A DNA stretch of 32,000 nt from Synechocystis sp. PCC 6803 substr. PCC-P (GCF_000284455.1 NC_017039.1:480001-512000), one strand, 5' to 3'. Numbered from the stretch's first letter, positions 9,591 to 18,177 are shown. Made by a program: numbers and translations. The notes: generated by a model from the sequence alone, not told the origin.

Positions 9591-9823
9591 AAGGCCTATG
9601 GGTAAACTTTTAGTCAGGCCTATCTCTTGAGAAAGACCCTTCCCAGCCTCCCCTAATCGGGGGAAGTGCCTCGAGCTCTGCAAAGGCGGTGGGGTAAATA
9701 AAATGCTTGACTCAATTTCTCCCGTGGGTGGGTTAAGGCTAAGAGGGAAAACCCTAGCTTTGGTTGGCGAGTAAGCTTGCGGCAAGTTCGATAAGATATA
9801 CACATCAATCTTGTGAAAACGCC

Positions 9824-10990
9824 ATGCAGGGAACCCTGAACGAAATTGATCTCCGGAGTATCCTGCGGCTCATTGAATTGGGCCAGCGGACGGGGCAACT
9901 TTTCGTTGAGGTCTATCCCCATCAGAGTTGTGGTCGGGTTTTGCTAGACAAAGTTGGCTATTGGTTTTTCTTTTTTGTAGATGGCAAGTTGGTTTACGCT
10001 GCGGATCAAGACTGTGGCAATTTGCGCCGCCTCCAGGATTATCTTCGTCACCATGACATTGCTATTCCCCTCGGAGAGATGGAACTGGAAAGCCTAGCCC
10101 TGAACCACATTCCCGAATACGCTTGTCTGTGGCAATTACTTTCCAAAAATATTCTCACCCCCGCCCAAGCCCACCGCATTGTTTTAGGCATGGTGCAAGA
10201 GGTGCTGTTTGATGTGTTGAGTTTACGCCAGGGAAATTTTGTTTTTGCCTTGGGAAGTGCCCTAGAGCCGCCCCTTACTTCCTTTGCAATTACCCCCCTA
10301 TTAACCCACGTCGGGCAACAAATCCAAGCTTGGAAACAGTTATACCTACGCATCCAATCCCCCGACCAACCGGTGGCGATCGCCAAGGATCCGGAATTGG
10401 CTAGTAAAATACCGGCCAAATTTGCCCAACATTTCCGCAGTTGGACCGATGGAGCCATTCCCCTACGCCAAATCTCCCGCTACCTACAAAAAAATTTGCC
10501 CGCCATTGCCCATGGCCTTTATCCCTACATCGAATCAGGGGCGATCGAAATATTTCCGGCCCATGAATCCCAAGGTGAGAACGGTTCAGCCTGGGAAACC
10601 TTGACAGACCACACCATCCATAAAGTCGTTTGCCTCGACGACGACTATGCCATTGGGAAACAAATTGAACTTTTTTTAACCAATCAAAACCCCAACTGTG
10701 AGGTGGTGGTGCTCCAGGATCCCCTCCAGGCCATGACCACCTTATTGACTTTGCAGCCTGATCTGATCCTTTGTGACATCACCATGCCCCACCTGGATGG
10801 CTATGAAATTTGTCGAATGGTCCGCCATGCCCAGCACCTAAGGGCAATTCCGATCATTATGCTCACTGGCAAGGAAGCCTACCTCGACCGACTCCTGGCC
10901 CGGATGGCAGGGGCGACGGATTACCTGACCAAACCCTTCACCCAAAAAGAACTAATTTCATTAGTTGAATCTTACTGTAAAAAATCATGA
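9824..10990 (+). CDS. pilG: PatA-subfamily response regulator (N-terminal PATAN/DUF4388 domain + C-terminal CheY receiver)
   Basis: The track ORF starts at TTG 9764. The first ATG is at 9824 and gives MQGTLNEIDLRSILRLIELGQRTGQLFVE, which is PATAN-like. The C-terminal receiver reads KVVCLDDDYAIGKQIE...DLILCDITMPHLDGYEICRMVR...IPIIMLTGKEAYLDRLLARMAGATDYLTKPF. The symbol is from memory of the Synechocystis slr1041-1044 cluster. Confidence 0.85.
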   Translation: MQGTLNEIDLRSILRLIELGQRTGQLFVEVYPHQSCGRVLLDKVGYWFFFFVDGKLVYAADQDCGNLRRLQDYLRHHDIAIPLGEMELESLALNHIPEYACLWQLLSKNILTPAQAHRIVLGMVQEVLFDVLSLRQGNFVFALGSALEPPLTSFAITPLLTHVGQQIQAWKQLYLRIQSPDQPVAIAKDPELASKIPAKFAQHFRSWTDGAIPLRQISRYLQKNLPAIAHGLYPYIESGAIEIFPAHESQGENGSAWETLTDHTIHKVVCLDDDYAIGKQIELFLTNQNPNCEVVVLQDPLQAMTTLLTLQPDLILCDITMPHLDGYEICRMVRHAQHLRAIPIIMLTGKEAYLDRLLARMAGATDYLTKPFTQKELISLVESYCKKS

Positions 10991-11027
10991 TCTTTTGATC
11001 ATTATCTCCATCCCCCGTCGCAGCACC

Positions 11028-11049
11028 GACAATTTTGCGGTAAATTGTC
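11028..11049. repeat. 8-bp-arm inverted repeat in the pilG-pilH spacer
   Basis: GACAATTT-tgcggt-AAATTGTC read directly, 38 nt after the pilG stop. No T-run follows. Confidence 0.5.
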
Positions 11050-11185
11050 AACAACAATGGGCTCCCCAACAAAAAATAATACTGACTGAATTGTTAAGGG
11101 AGCGACTATGATGGAAAATAAACCAGGCAGGATTCGCCAATTTGCTTCGGATCCAGGTTTGCAGTGCCAAGCAGAAAGGACTTTT

Positions 11186-11551
11186 ATGAACGCAGTTTTG
11201 CTGGTTGAAGACAGCTCTAGTCAGCGCGAGATGATATCTGGCATCCTCAAAGACCATGGCTGGCAGGTCACCATCGCCTGTGATGGGGTGGAGGCCCTGG
11301 AAAAATTGCAGAATTTTAGTCCGGACCTAGTGGTGCTAGATATTGTCATGCCCCGCATGAATGGCTATGAGGTTTGTCGACGCATCAAATCCGATCCGAA
11401 AACCAAAAATGTGCCAGTGATTATGTGCTCCTCCAAGGGGGAGGAATTTGACCGTTTTTGGGGCATGCGTCAGGGAGCCGACGCCTACATTGCCAAACCA
11501 TTTCAGCCCATGGAACTGGTGGGCACCATCAAACAACTCCTGCGCAATTGA
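11186..11551 (+). CDS. pilH: Single-domain CheY-like response regulator
   Basis: Track ORF 11108..11551. Receiver homology begins at the ATG at 11186: MNAVLLVEDSSSQREMISGILKDHGWQVTIACDGVEALEKLQNFSPDLVVLDIVMPRMNGYEVCRRIKSDPKTKNVPVIMCSSKGEEFDRFWGMRQGADAYIAKPF (121 aa). Confidence 0.85.
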   Translation: MNAVLLVEDSSSQREMISGILKDHGWQVTIACDGVEALEKLQNFSPDLVVLDIVMPRMNGYEVCRRIKSDPKTKNVPVIMCSSKGEEFDRFWGMRQGADAYIAKPFQPMELVGTIKQLLRN

Positions 11552-11609
11552 TTGTGGGGTTTTATGAAACTTGGGTTATGGTTATTTAGGGTTTTAGGTG
11601 GGGAAATCT

Positions 11610-12161
11610 ATGGTTAGTTCTAATTCCGCTGATATTTTCGTTGATGGCAAACAGGAATTAGATCCGGCGTTTCAGGAACTGCAGGCCCTGGAAGGGGAAC
11701 TTCATCTCAGATTTTATTTGCCCTCCCGGGAAGAGTTTGCCCTGCCAGCGGTTTCCATTCGAGAAGTGATGCAACAGGAGCCAGACCGCATTACCCCCAT
11801 TCCTAATGCCTCGCCCCTATTGTTAGGAACTATTAACCTCCGGGGCCAGGTCATTTGGGTAGCAGACCTAGGGCGTTTTTTGGGGAATAATGCCAATCTC
11901 AACACCGACCGGGCGGAAATTCCCGTCATTGCGGTGGAAGATCAAGAAACTCTTTTGGGTTTGGCAATCGACTCCCTCGGTAATATGGAATGGTTGGACA
12001 CGGACAATCTTCAGCCGGCCAACGATGTGCCGGATCACATTGCCCCCTACGTCCAGGGAGAGTGGCAGATTCCCGCTAACGATGCCCCCTCCTCTCCTCC
12101 CCAAATTTTGCGCCTTCTAGACCATGTGGCGCTACTCCGATCCGCCCGCTGGGCAACTTGA
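11610..12161 (+). CDS. pilI: CheW-like coupling protein
   Basis: The track ORF starts at GTG 11598; the first ATG is at 11610. The CheW domain reads FALPAVSIREVMQQEPDRITPIPNASPLLLGTINLRGQVIWVADLGRFLG...IPVIAVEDQETLLGLAIDSLGNMEWL. Confidence 0.85.
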   Translation: MVSSNSADIFVDGKQELDPAFQELQALEGELHLRFYLPSREEFALPAVSIREVMQQEPDRITPIPNASPLLLGTINLRGQVIWVADLGRFLGNNANLNTDRAEIPVIAVEDQETLLGLAIDSLGNMEWLDTDNLQPANDVPDHIAPYVQGEWQIPANDAPSSPPQILRLLDHVALLRSARWAT

Positions 12162-12231
12162 TATATCCAGCTAAGGCAATGGATTTTTATTCACCTTGGC
12201 CTACCTAAAACCGACTGAGGAAACCGGCAAA

Positions 12232-14841
12232 ATGGCAACAGAAACCAATTTTTCGCAGCTTTATGGGTTGGCCTACGCCGCCTATGGACAGGGGAATTAT
12301 CAAGAAGCTTCTTCCCATATTGAACAATTGGCCGCTGATTTTCCCGAAGATCCTAATGTATTGTTGCTCCGGGGGCATATCTATGTCGGCCTGGAACAAT
12401 ACGCCCTAGCCCACCAGGCTTATCAGGGGGTAATTCGGTTTTCCGATCGCCAAGACTTAATTGACTGCGCTAACCAGGCCCTAGGGCAAATCCAAGAAGA
12501 GGAACCAAGGGGCAACGGAGCCAAAGATTCCCTTGACCAGGATTGGCAAAGTGACATCGATGCCATTGACAATTCCATGGCCTGGGAAACAGGAGTGTTC
12601 ACCGAAGAGGATTTCGGCGAGCCCACTTTGGGCCGGGCCCCCAGCCCCACTAATCCGGGCATGGACCATCCCTTTGGCCGCAGCTCTGCTTCCTTTGGTA
12701 CCAGTGGGGCCAGGAGTTACGAAATTGAAAACCTAGATTGGAGTCCGGAAGCTTTCACCGATGACCTGGACTCCGATGATGAACAGACCATGATGCCCCA
12801 AACTGGCGAGTCTACTTTTGTGGTGCCACCGGCCTTTGGTGAAGGGATAGCGGATTTTGCCGATTTAGCGGCGGATGTCTCCTCAGCCGGCATTGGCGGG
12901 ACAGATGGTGCCGAATATCCCCCATATCAAACTTGGGACGGGGGCGACTGGAGTGAAGCTCTCGGTTTGGATGATCCTGAAGCCTTGGCTCAGGCCCCTA
13001 CCCCCACCTCTGGCGATTACGGCGCTGGCAATAACCTACCGAGTTTTGATGCGTTTGAGGAAGGGGTGGAGGATGAGTTGTCCGATTTTAACCTGACGGA
13101 TATTGCCCCAGAGTTGCCCGATTCTTCCCTCTTTAGCCAAGCCACTAATTTGGACATAGGTGCGGTGGGTCGCATCGATGACACCCAGGGCGGTGATACG
13201 GTGGTCCATGGAGGTAATGCAGCGCCACCGGGCATGGCCACTTGGTTGAAACCGGATGGGGCCGCCACCGGGGATTTATCCAGCGCCACTAGTCCCTTTA
13301 ATGACCGGCCCACCAGTGAGGTAGATGCGGGTTTTCTCGGTTGGTTCACCAATGCTTCCCTGTTTAGAAAGCAGATTTACATGGCGATCGCCTCCGGTGT
13401 GTTTTCCGGGTTCGCGGTGTTGGTATTGGGAAGCATAGTGGGTTTAGGGGGAACTCCCAAAGACGTACCTGCTCCTTCAGGGGAAACCACCACCGAAGCT
13501 CCAGCAGAAGGTGCCCCCGCAGAGGGCCAGGCCCCTTCCCAGACCCCAGAGGAAGAACCGGGCAAACCATCCCTCCTCAACCTCGCCTTCCTCACAGCCA
13601 TAGCCACGGCGATCGGAGTCTTTCTGATCAATCGATTGCTGATGCAACAGATTAAGAGTATTATCGACGACCTGCAAAATCAGTTTGAATCCATCTATGA
13701 GGGCAATTTCAATGTCCGGGCCAAGGTGCGATCGGAGGATGAATTGGGGGCTTTGACCCAACGGTTTAACTATATTTCCCAAGTTATTCTCACGGCCACT
13801 AGTGAAGCCCAGGAACGGGCTGCTACCACCGAAAAAGTGCGGGAAAAATTACAGCGCCAAGTAATTCGGCTCCTGGACGATGTAGAGGGAGCTTCCCGGG
13901 GAGATTTAACCGTACAAGCGGAAGTAACGGCGGATGAGCTGGGAGCGGTGGCCGATGCCTTTAACCTAACTATCCAAAACCTGCGGGAGATTGTGTTACA
14001 AGTTAAAAATGCCGCCAAGCAGGTGAATAACAACTGTAAAGACAGTGAGTCCTTTGCCCGCAATAACTCCAGCGATGCGTTGCGAATGGCGGAGGAATTG
14101 GCCGTCACCCTCAACTCTGTTCAGTTAATGACGGAATCCATTGAACGGGTAGCAGAAAACGCCCGGGAAGCGGAGGAAGTGGCCCATACTTCATCTTTAA
14201 CTGCCCTCAAAGGTGGGGAAGCGGTGGAAAGAACGGTGGGGGGCATTCTGCAAATTCGGGAAACGGTGTCGGAAACTGCCCGCAAGGTAAAACGGTTAGC
14301 GGAAGCATCCCAGGAAATTTCCAAAATTGTGGCGGTTATTTCCCAAATTGCCTCCCGGACTAACCTGTTAGCTTTGAACGCCTCCATCCAGGCGGCCCGG
14401 GCAGGGGAAGCAGGGCGGGGCTTTGCCATCGTTGCAGACGAGGTGCGACAGTTGGCGGATCGTTCTGCTAAGTCGTTGAAGGAAATTGAGCAAATCGTTT
14501 TGCAAATTCAGAGTGAAACCGGCTCCGTAATGACCGCCATGGAAGAAGGTATCCAACAGGTAATCGACGTAACTGACAAGTCGGAACAGTCGAAACGGGC
14601 CCTGGAGGATATTATTGAGGTGTCTAATCGGATTAACACTTTGGTGCGTTCCATTACTGCTGATACCGTCAAGCAGCAGGAGAACTCCGGTGCAGTGTCC
14701 AACGTCATGCAGTCCATTGAGCTGACGGCCCAGGAAACTTCCCAGGAATCTCAACGGGTAGCAGGATCTTTGCAAACCCTGGTCTCCATTTCCCGCGACC
14801 TGTTAACTTCGGTGGAACGGTTCCGGGTGGAAAGTCGCTAG
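12232..14841 (+). CDS. pilJ: Methyl-accepting chemotaxis protein with a TPR-like N-terminus, a long acidic low-complexity region, 2 TM segments, HAMP and an MCP signalling domain
   Basis: The track ORF starts at TTG 12196; an ATG at 12232 is preceded by GAGGA. The TPR-like start is [62 protein letters not shown]. The TM segments are [26 protein letters not shown] and [28 protein letters not shown] contains [13 protein letters not shown]. The conserved MCP hairpin tip reads [52 protein letters not shown]. Confidence 0.9.
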   Translation: MATETNFSQLYGLAYAAYGQGNYQEASSHIEQLAADFPEDPNVLLLRGHIYVGLEQYALAHQAYQGVIRFSDRQDLIDCANQALGQIQEEEPRGNGAKDSLDQDWQSDIDAIDNSMAWETGVFTEEDFGEPTLGRAPSPTNPGMDHPFGRSSASFGTSGARSYEIENLDWSPEAFTDDLDSDDEQTMMPQTGESTFVVPPAFGEGIADFADLAADVSSAGIGGTDGAEYPPYQTWDGGDWSEALGLDDPEALAQAPTPTSGDYGAGNNLPSFDAFEEGVEDELSDFNLTDIAPELPDSSLFSQATNLDIGAVGRIDDTQGGDTVVHGGNAAPPGMATWLKPDGAATGDLSSATSPFNDRPTSEVDAGFLGWFTNASLFRKQIYMAIASGVFSGFAVLVLGSIVGLGGTPKDVPAPSGETTTEAPAEGAPAEGQAPSQTPEEEPGKPSLLNLAFLTAIATAIGVFLINRLLMQQIKSIIDDLQNQFESIYEGNFNVRAKVRSEDELGALTQRFNYISQVILTATSEAQERAATTEKVREKLQRQVIRLLDDVEGASRGDLTVQAEVTADELGAVADAFNLTIQNLREIVLQVKNAAKQVNNNCKDSESFARNNSSDALRMAEELAVTLNSVQLMTESIERVAENAREAEEVAHTSSLTALKGGEAVERTVGGILQIRETVSETARKVKRLAEASQEISKIVAVISQIASRTNLLALNASIQAARAGEAGRGFAIVADEVRQLADRSAKSLKEIEQIVLQIQSETGSVMTAMEEGIQQVIDVTDKSEQSKRALEDIIEVSNRINTLVRSITADTVKQQENSGAVSNVMQSIELTAQETSQESQRVAGSLQTLVSISRDLLTSVERFRVESR

Positions 14842-14929
14842 GGTCAGGGCAGTGTATTTCCCCCAGCCTTGGTGTCGAAACATTGGAGTGGGGCCCACAT
14901 GTCCCAGTCATTAATTATTGCAGTGAAGT

Positions 14930-15721
14930 ATGTCGGATCGAGGCTCTCGCCACTCCCTCAGTCTTTGGTTCCAGCGTTTGGTTGCAGCCTTTTTTTTAAC
15001 CGGCCAAGTTTTTTTGCACATTTTGCAAGGGCGCATTAATCGGCGCAATACCCTGGAGCAAATGAATATGGTCGGCCCCGAATCCATGGCGATCGCCTTG
15101 ATTACTGCTGGTTTTGTGGGTATGGTGTTCACCATTCAAGTGGCGAGAGAATTTATTTACTATGGGGCCACCACGACCATTGGGGGAGTTTTATCCCTAT
15201 CGTTAACTAGGGAATTGGCCCCGGTGCTGACAGCGGTGGTGATCGCCGGGCGGGTGGGGTCCGCCTTTGCGGCGGAAATTGGCACCATGCGGGTAACAGA
15301 ACAATTGGATGCTCTGTATATGCTCAGGACAGATCCGATTGATTATTTGGTCGTTCCCCGGGTGATCGCCTGTGGATTAATGTTACCGATTTTGACCGGA
15401 TTGTCTCTGTTTGTGGGCATGGCGGGAGGATTGGTAATTTCCTCCAGTCTTTATGCCATTAATCCAACCATTTTTTTAAACTCTGTGCAAAATTTCACCC
15501 AGCTATGGGATGTATTTGCTTGTTTGTTCAAATCTTTGGTATTTGGCGTCATCATCGCCATTATTGGTTGTAGTTGGGGCTTAACCACCACTGGGGGGGC
15601 CAAGGGAGTAGGCGAGTCCACCACCACTGCAGTGGTCACGTCCCTATTGGCCATTTTCATCAGCAACTTTTTCCTATCTTGGTTAATGTTTCAGGGGACG
15701 GGGGATACCGCCCTAGGCTAG
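14930..15721 (+). CDS. ycf63: MlaE/TGD1-like ABC-transporter permease (Ycf63 family)
   Basis: 263-aa ORF, polytopic. It reads LEQMNMVGPESMAIALITAGFVGMVFTIQVAREFIYYGATTTIGGVLSLSLTRELAPVLTAVVIAGRVGSAFAAEIGTMRVTEQLDALYMLRTDPIDYLVVPRVIA, a typical MlaE permease core. Confidence 0.85.
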   Translation: MSDRGSRHSLSLWFQRLVAAFFLTGQVFLHILQGRINRRNTLEQMNMVGPESMAIALITAGFVGMVFTIQVAREFIYYGATTTIGGVLSLSLTRELAPVLTAVVIAGRVGSAFAAEIGTMRVTEQLDALYMLRTDPIDYLVVPRVIACGLMLPILTGLSLFVGMAGGLVISSSLYAINPTIFLNSVQNFTQLWDVFACLFKSLVFGVIIAIIGCSWGLTTTGGAKGVGESTTTAVVTSLLAIFISNFFLSWLMFQGTGDTALG

Positions 15722-15850
15722 AGGGCTATGGCATTGACCTTGGTTATGGGAGCCATAGCATCTCCGTGGGTTTCTGTGGGGACAAAGCTCTGCTACAGTC
15801 GGTTAAACGAATCTTTCTATCCCTCTAATCCCCTAACAGCACCCAATCCC

Positions 15851-16108
15851 ATGAATATTTTCGGCATTGGCTTACCCGAACTAGGTTTAATCTTTGTTAT
15901 TGCCCTATTGGTGTTTGGCCCTAAAAAATTACCAGAAGTGGGGCGCAGTTTGGGCAAAGCTCTGCGGGGATTCCAGGAAGCTTCCAAGGAATTTGAAACG
16001 GAACTGAAACGGGAAGCCCAAAATTTGGAAAAGTCAGTACAAATTAAGGCAGAACTAGAAGAAAGTAAAACCCCAGAGAGTAGCAGTAGCTCAGAAAAGG
16101 CCAGCTAA
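15851..16108 (+). CDS. tatA: Twin-arginine translocase subunit TatA/E
   Basis: The track ORF 15728..16108 has a non-homologous 41-aa extension. The TatA sequence starts at the in-frame ATG at 15851: [57 protein letters not shown]... Confidence 0.85.
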   Translation: MNIFGIGLPELGLIFVIALLVFGPKKLPEVGRSLGKALRGFQEASKEFETELKREAQNLEKSVQIKAELEESKTPESSSSSEKAS

Positions 16109-16110
16109 CC

Positions 16111-16134
16111 CCTCCTTGGCGATCGCCAAGGAGG
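16111..16134 (+). terminator. Perfect 24-nt palindrome centred on HIP1, 2 nt after the tatA stop (candidate hairpin/terminator)
   Basis: CCTCCTTGGCGATCGCCAAGGAGG read directly; it is its own reverse complement. No U-tract follows, so terminator function is uncertain. Confidence 0.35.
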
Positions 16135-16311
16135 CAAGATTAGTTCATGGTGGGTTCCATTGACTTGATGGTGGTGCCCCTAACCGTCAATGGTTAAATG
16201 GTTGACTCCAAAGAATAGGCTATAGTTAATAGGTATGGAAACTGTCATCCCAGTTTTTTTCTACCCTGCTGAATTATTTAAACCCTTTTTTAAACATTTT
16301 TATCTTTACTA

Positions 16312-16422
16312 AGAGCGTGTTTGAAAAGCCCCCCTGGCCCCCCAAATTTGGGGGGAAACTAAGTCAAAGTCCCCCAGCATTGGGGGATTTAGGAGGCAGA
16401 ATCAGACTTTATAAACAGGTTC
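16312..16422 (-). repeat. 111-nt MITE-like repeat, copy B (inverted partner of 9480-9590)
   Basis: The reverse complement reads GAACCTGTTTATAAAGTCTGATTCTGCCTCCTAAATCCCCCAATGCTGGGGGACTTTGACTTAGTTTCCCCCCAAATTTGGGGGGCCAGGGGGGCTTTTCAAACACGCTCT, 107/111 identical to copy A. It lies in the 443-nt gap between tatA and the GGDEF gene. Confidence 0.9.
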
Positions 16423-16551
16423 TAACTAACGAAAATTTTAAATAAAAATAATACTTGGAGGAGAATAAAAGTTTTTAGTTTTAACCCCAAAAAACATAGC
16501 GCATCGGTTACCATCTGCTGATGGATAGATAGCTTGTCACACAAGAGTTCC

Positions 16552-17946
16552 ATGCAAAATCTTTCCCTGCAAAAAGCACTTAAAAAGCCGGAAGTCAAAA
16601 CTCTACTCCAGCAGTTGGGCGATTCCTTGGGGAAAAACTTTGCTATTTTTGACATCGGAGGTCACTGTCTTTGGGGCAAGGCCCAAGATTCCCAGCCAAA
16701 AGTTGATATTTATTGCCACCAAGTATTAATGGGGACCATAACTGGGGAATTTACTGAGCATTCCGCCGAGGCGATCGCCGCTATGCTAAGTTACATTGTG
16801 CAAACGGAGTATGAAAAAAAGCAGTTAGCCAAAGATACCCTACAAAAGTATGAAGAAGTAGTTTTTCTTTCACAATTTGCGAATGCTGTTGCCACCTGCA
16901 CTGGGCTACAGGAGCTAATCGAAGTAATTAGGGCTGAGATTCGTCAAGTTATCAGTGTCGATGAAATATTTTTATATCTTTATGACCAAAGTCAGGATAG
17001 CCTAACTCCACTTTTGTATAAAACAGAAGAATCATTACAGAATTTTAAAGCAATTGAAAAAATTGTCGAGCGCGTTTTAAAGCTTAATCAAGTCGAAGTA
17101 ATTGATGACATTCAAAATGACCAAGATTACCTCAATCAACCCTCTAAAATTCGCTCTTTACTTTGTTATTCTCTGACTGTCCAAAACTCAATTATTGGCG
17201 TTCTTGGTCTAGCTCACTACCAAGTCAAGCACTTTGATTCTAGTGACTTAAATCTTTTTTCCACCCTCACCGGCCAAGTAGCGGCAGCAATTCGTACTGC
17301 TCAATATTACGAAACCATCAAAAACTATTCCCAAACTCTAGAAATTAGGGTGAAGGAGCGTACCATGGAGTTGGAATTTGCCAAACAACAACTAGAGCAA
17401 GTTAACCAACGACTCAAACATTTAGCCATTTATGATGAACTAACCCAAATTCCCAATCGTCGCTATTTTACCAGTTACTTAGAACAGGAATGGCGACAAT
17501 GTTTGCGGCAAAAATCTCCAATTTCCTTAATCTTATGCGACGTAGATTATTTCAAAAACTATAATGATCTCTATGGTCATCAGATGGGGGATAAATGTCT
17601 CCAAAGTGTGGCTAAAGTTATTCAAAATGCATTGAAACGTCCTTCCGATGTGCTCGCTCGCTATGGAGGTGAGGAATTTATTGTGATTTTGCCCTACACC
17701 GATCAATCAGGGGCTTACACCGTGGGCCAACGCATCCACCACTGCCTAGCCGAGGCACAGATTTCCCATGCCGATTCCCCTACGAGCCGTTACCTCACCA
17801 TAAGTTTAGGGATTGGGACCACCGTGCCCCTATTGCATTATCATCCCAGTGATTTAATTAAAATTGCTGACCAGGCCCTCTATGCAGCCAAGGCGGCCGG
17901 GCGTAACCAAACGAAGCTGAAAACTTTATCTTTTCAATGTAGTTAG
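16552..17946 (+). CDS. GAF-domain diguanylate cyclase (GGDEF; active-site GGEEF with an RxxD I-site)
   Basis: The track ORF starts at TTG 16534; the first ATG is at 16552. The central GAF-like region includes IIGVLGLAHYQVKHFDSSDLNLFSTLTGQVAAAIRTAQYYE. A coiled-coil linker follows. The GGDEF domain reads LTQIPNRRYF...LILCDVDYFKNYNDLYGHQMGDKCL...KRPSDVLARYGGEEFIVILP, with GGEEF at 17665-17679. RPSD sits 5 residues upstream, the same spacing as the PleD I-site. Confidence 0.85.
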   Translation: MQNLSLQKALKKPEVKTLLQQLGDSLGKNFAIFDIGGHCLWGKAQDSQPKVDIYCHQVLMGTITGEFTEHSAEAIAAMLSYIVQTEYEKKQLAKDTLQKYEEVVFLSQFANAVATCTGLQELIEVIRAEIRQVISVDEIFLYLYDQSQDSLTPLLYKTEESLQNFKAIEKIVERVLKLNQVEVIDDIQNDQDYLNQPSKIRSLLCYSLTVQNSIIGVLGLAHYQVKHFDSSDLNLFSTLTGQVAAAIRTAQYYETIKNYSQTLEIRVKERTMELEFAKQQLEQVNQRLKHLAIYDELTQIPNRRYFTSYLEQEWRQCLRQKSPISLILCDVDYFKNYNDLYGHQMGDKCLQSVAKVIQNALKRPSDVLARYGGEEFIVILPYTDQSGAYTVGQRIHHCLAEAQISHADSPTSRYLTISLGIGTTVPLLHYHPSDLIKIADQALYAAKAAGRNQTKLKTLSFQCS

Positions 17947-18007
17947 TTAAAATTGTGGGATCAAATATTAATTGGTAAGTTTTGATAATTAATTGACTAA
18001 TTAGCCC

Positions 18008-18175
18008 ATGAGTCTTGTTTTTTTAGTAGTATTTTTTCTGTTAACCAACGCTATCTTTACTAAGGTGTTGATCAGCTTGCCTGAATACTTGGTTAATCAG
18101 GGGGCAATGGTGGGGCGCTTTGCCGTACTAGGGTTAGTTGTTCTTTTGCTTAGTTGGACAATGGGGGATGATTGA
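18008..18175 (+). CDS. Candidate 55-aa two-TM micro-protein immediately upstream of the SbcC-like gene
   Basis: Not in the ORF track (under 60 aa). The ATG at 18008 gives MSLVFLVVFFLLTNAIFTKVLISLPEYLVNQGAMVGRFAVLGLVVLLLSWTMGDD, ending at TGA 18173-18175. That stop is 2 nt before the ATG at 18178 of the next gene. There are two hydrophobic stretches. I have no homology evidence; it could be a chance ORF in AT-rich DNA. Confidence 0.35.
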   Translation: MSLVFLVVFFLLTNAIFTKVLISLPEYLVNQGAMVGRFAVLGLVVLLLSWTMGDD

Positions 18176-18177
18176 CT

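Noticed and set aside
9540-9922. Minus-strand ORFs 9540..9803 and 9653..9922 upstream of pilG
   Set aside because: They run through the 111-nt repeat (the G/C runs give PPGPPSLGG-type peptides) and through the pilG 5' region. No motif supports them, and they are opposite to a plausible promoter region.
12205-14911. A series of 60-135-aa minus-strand and off-frame ORFs inside pilJ (e.g. 13770..14114, 14121..14429, 14368..14775)
   Set aside because: They lie entirely within a well-supported MCP gene. The Ala/Glu-rich heptad coding sequence naturally lacks stops on the antisense strand. Their translations are low-complexity with no recognisable motifs.
15728-15850. 41-codon N-terminal extension of tatA in the track ORF (and similar extensions at 9764, 11108, 16534, 18172, 22092 and 23943)
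   Set aside because: The extensions start at non-ATG or upstream codons and lack similarity to the respective families. Homology-like sequence begins at the internal ATGs used in the feature table.
9480-16422. Interpretation of the inverted repeats as ends of a composite transposon or genomic island
   Set aside because: There is no transposase, integrase or tRNA target, and I could not recognise direct target-site duplications. The enclosed genes are core functions (pilus signalling, lipid-transport permease, TatA) with normal HIP1 content. I kept it as a repeat/inversion-substrate finding only.
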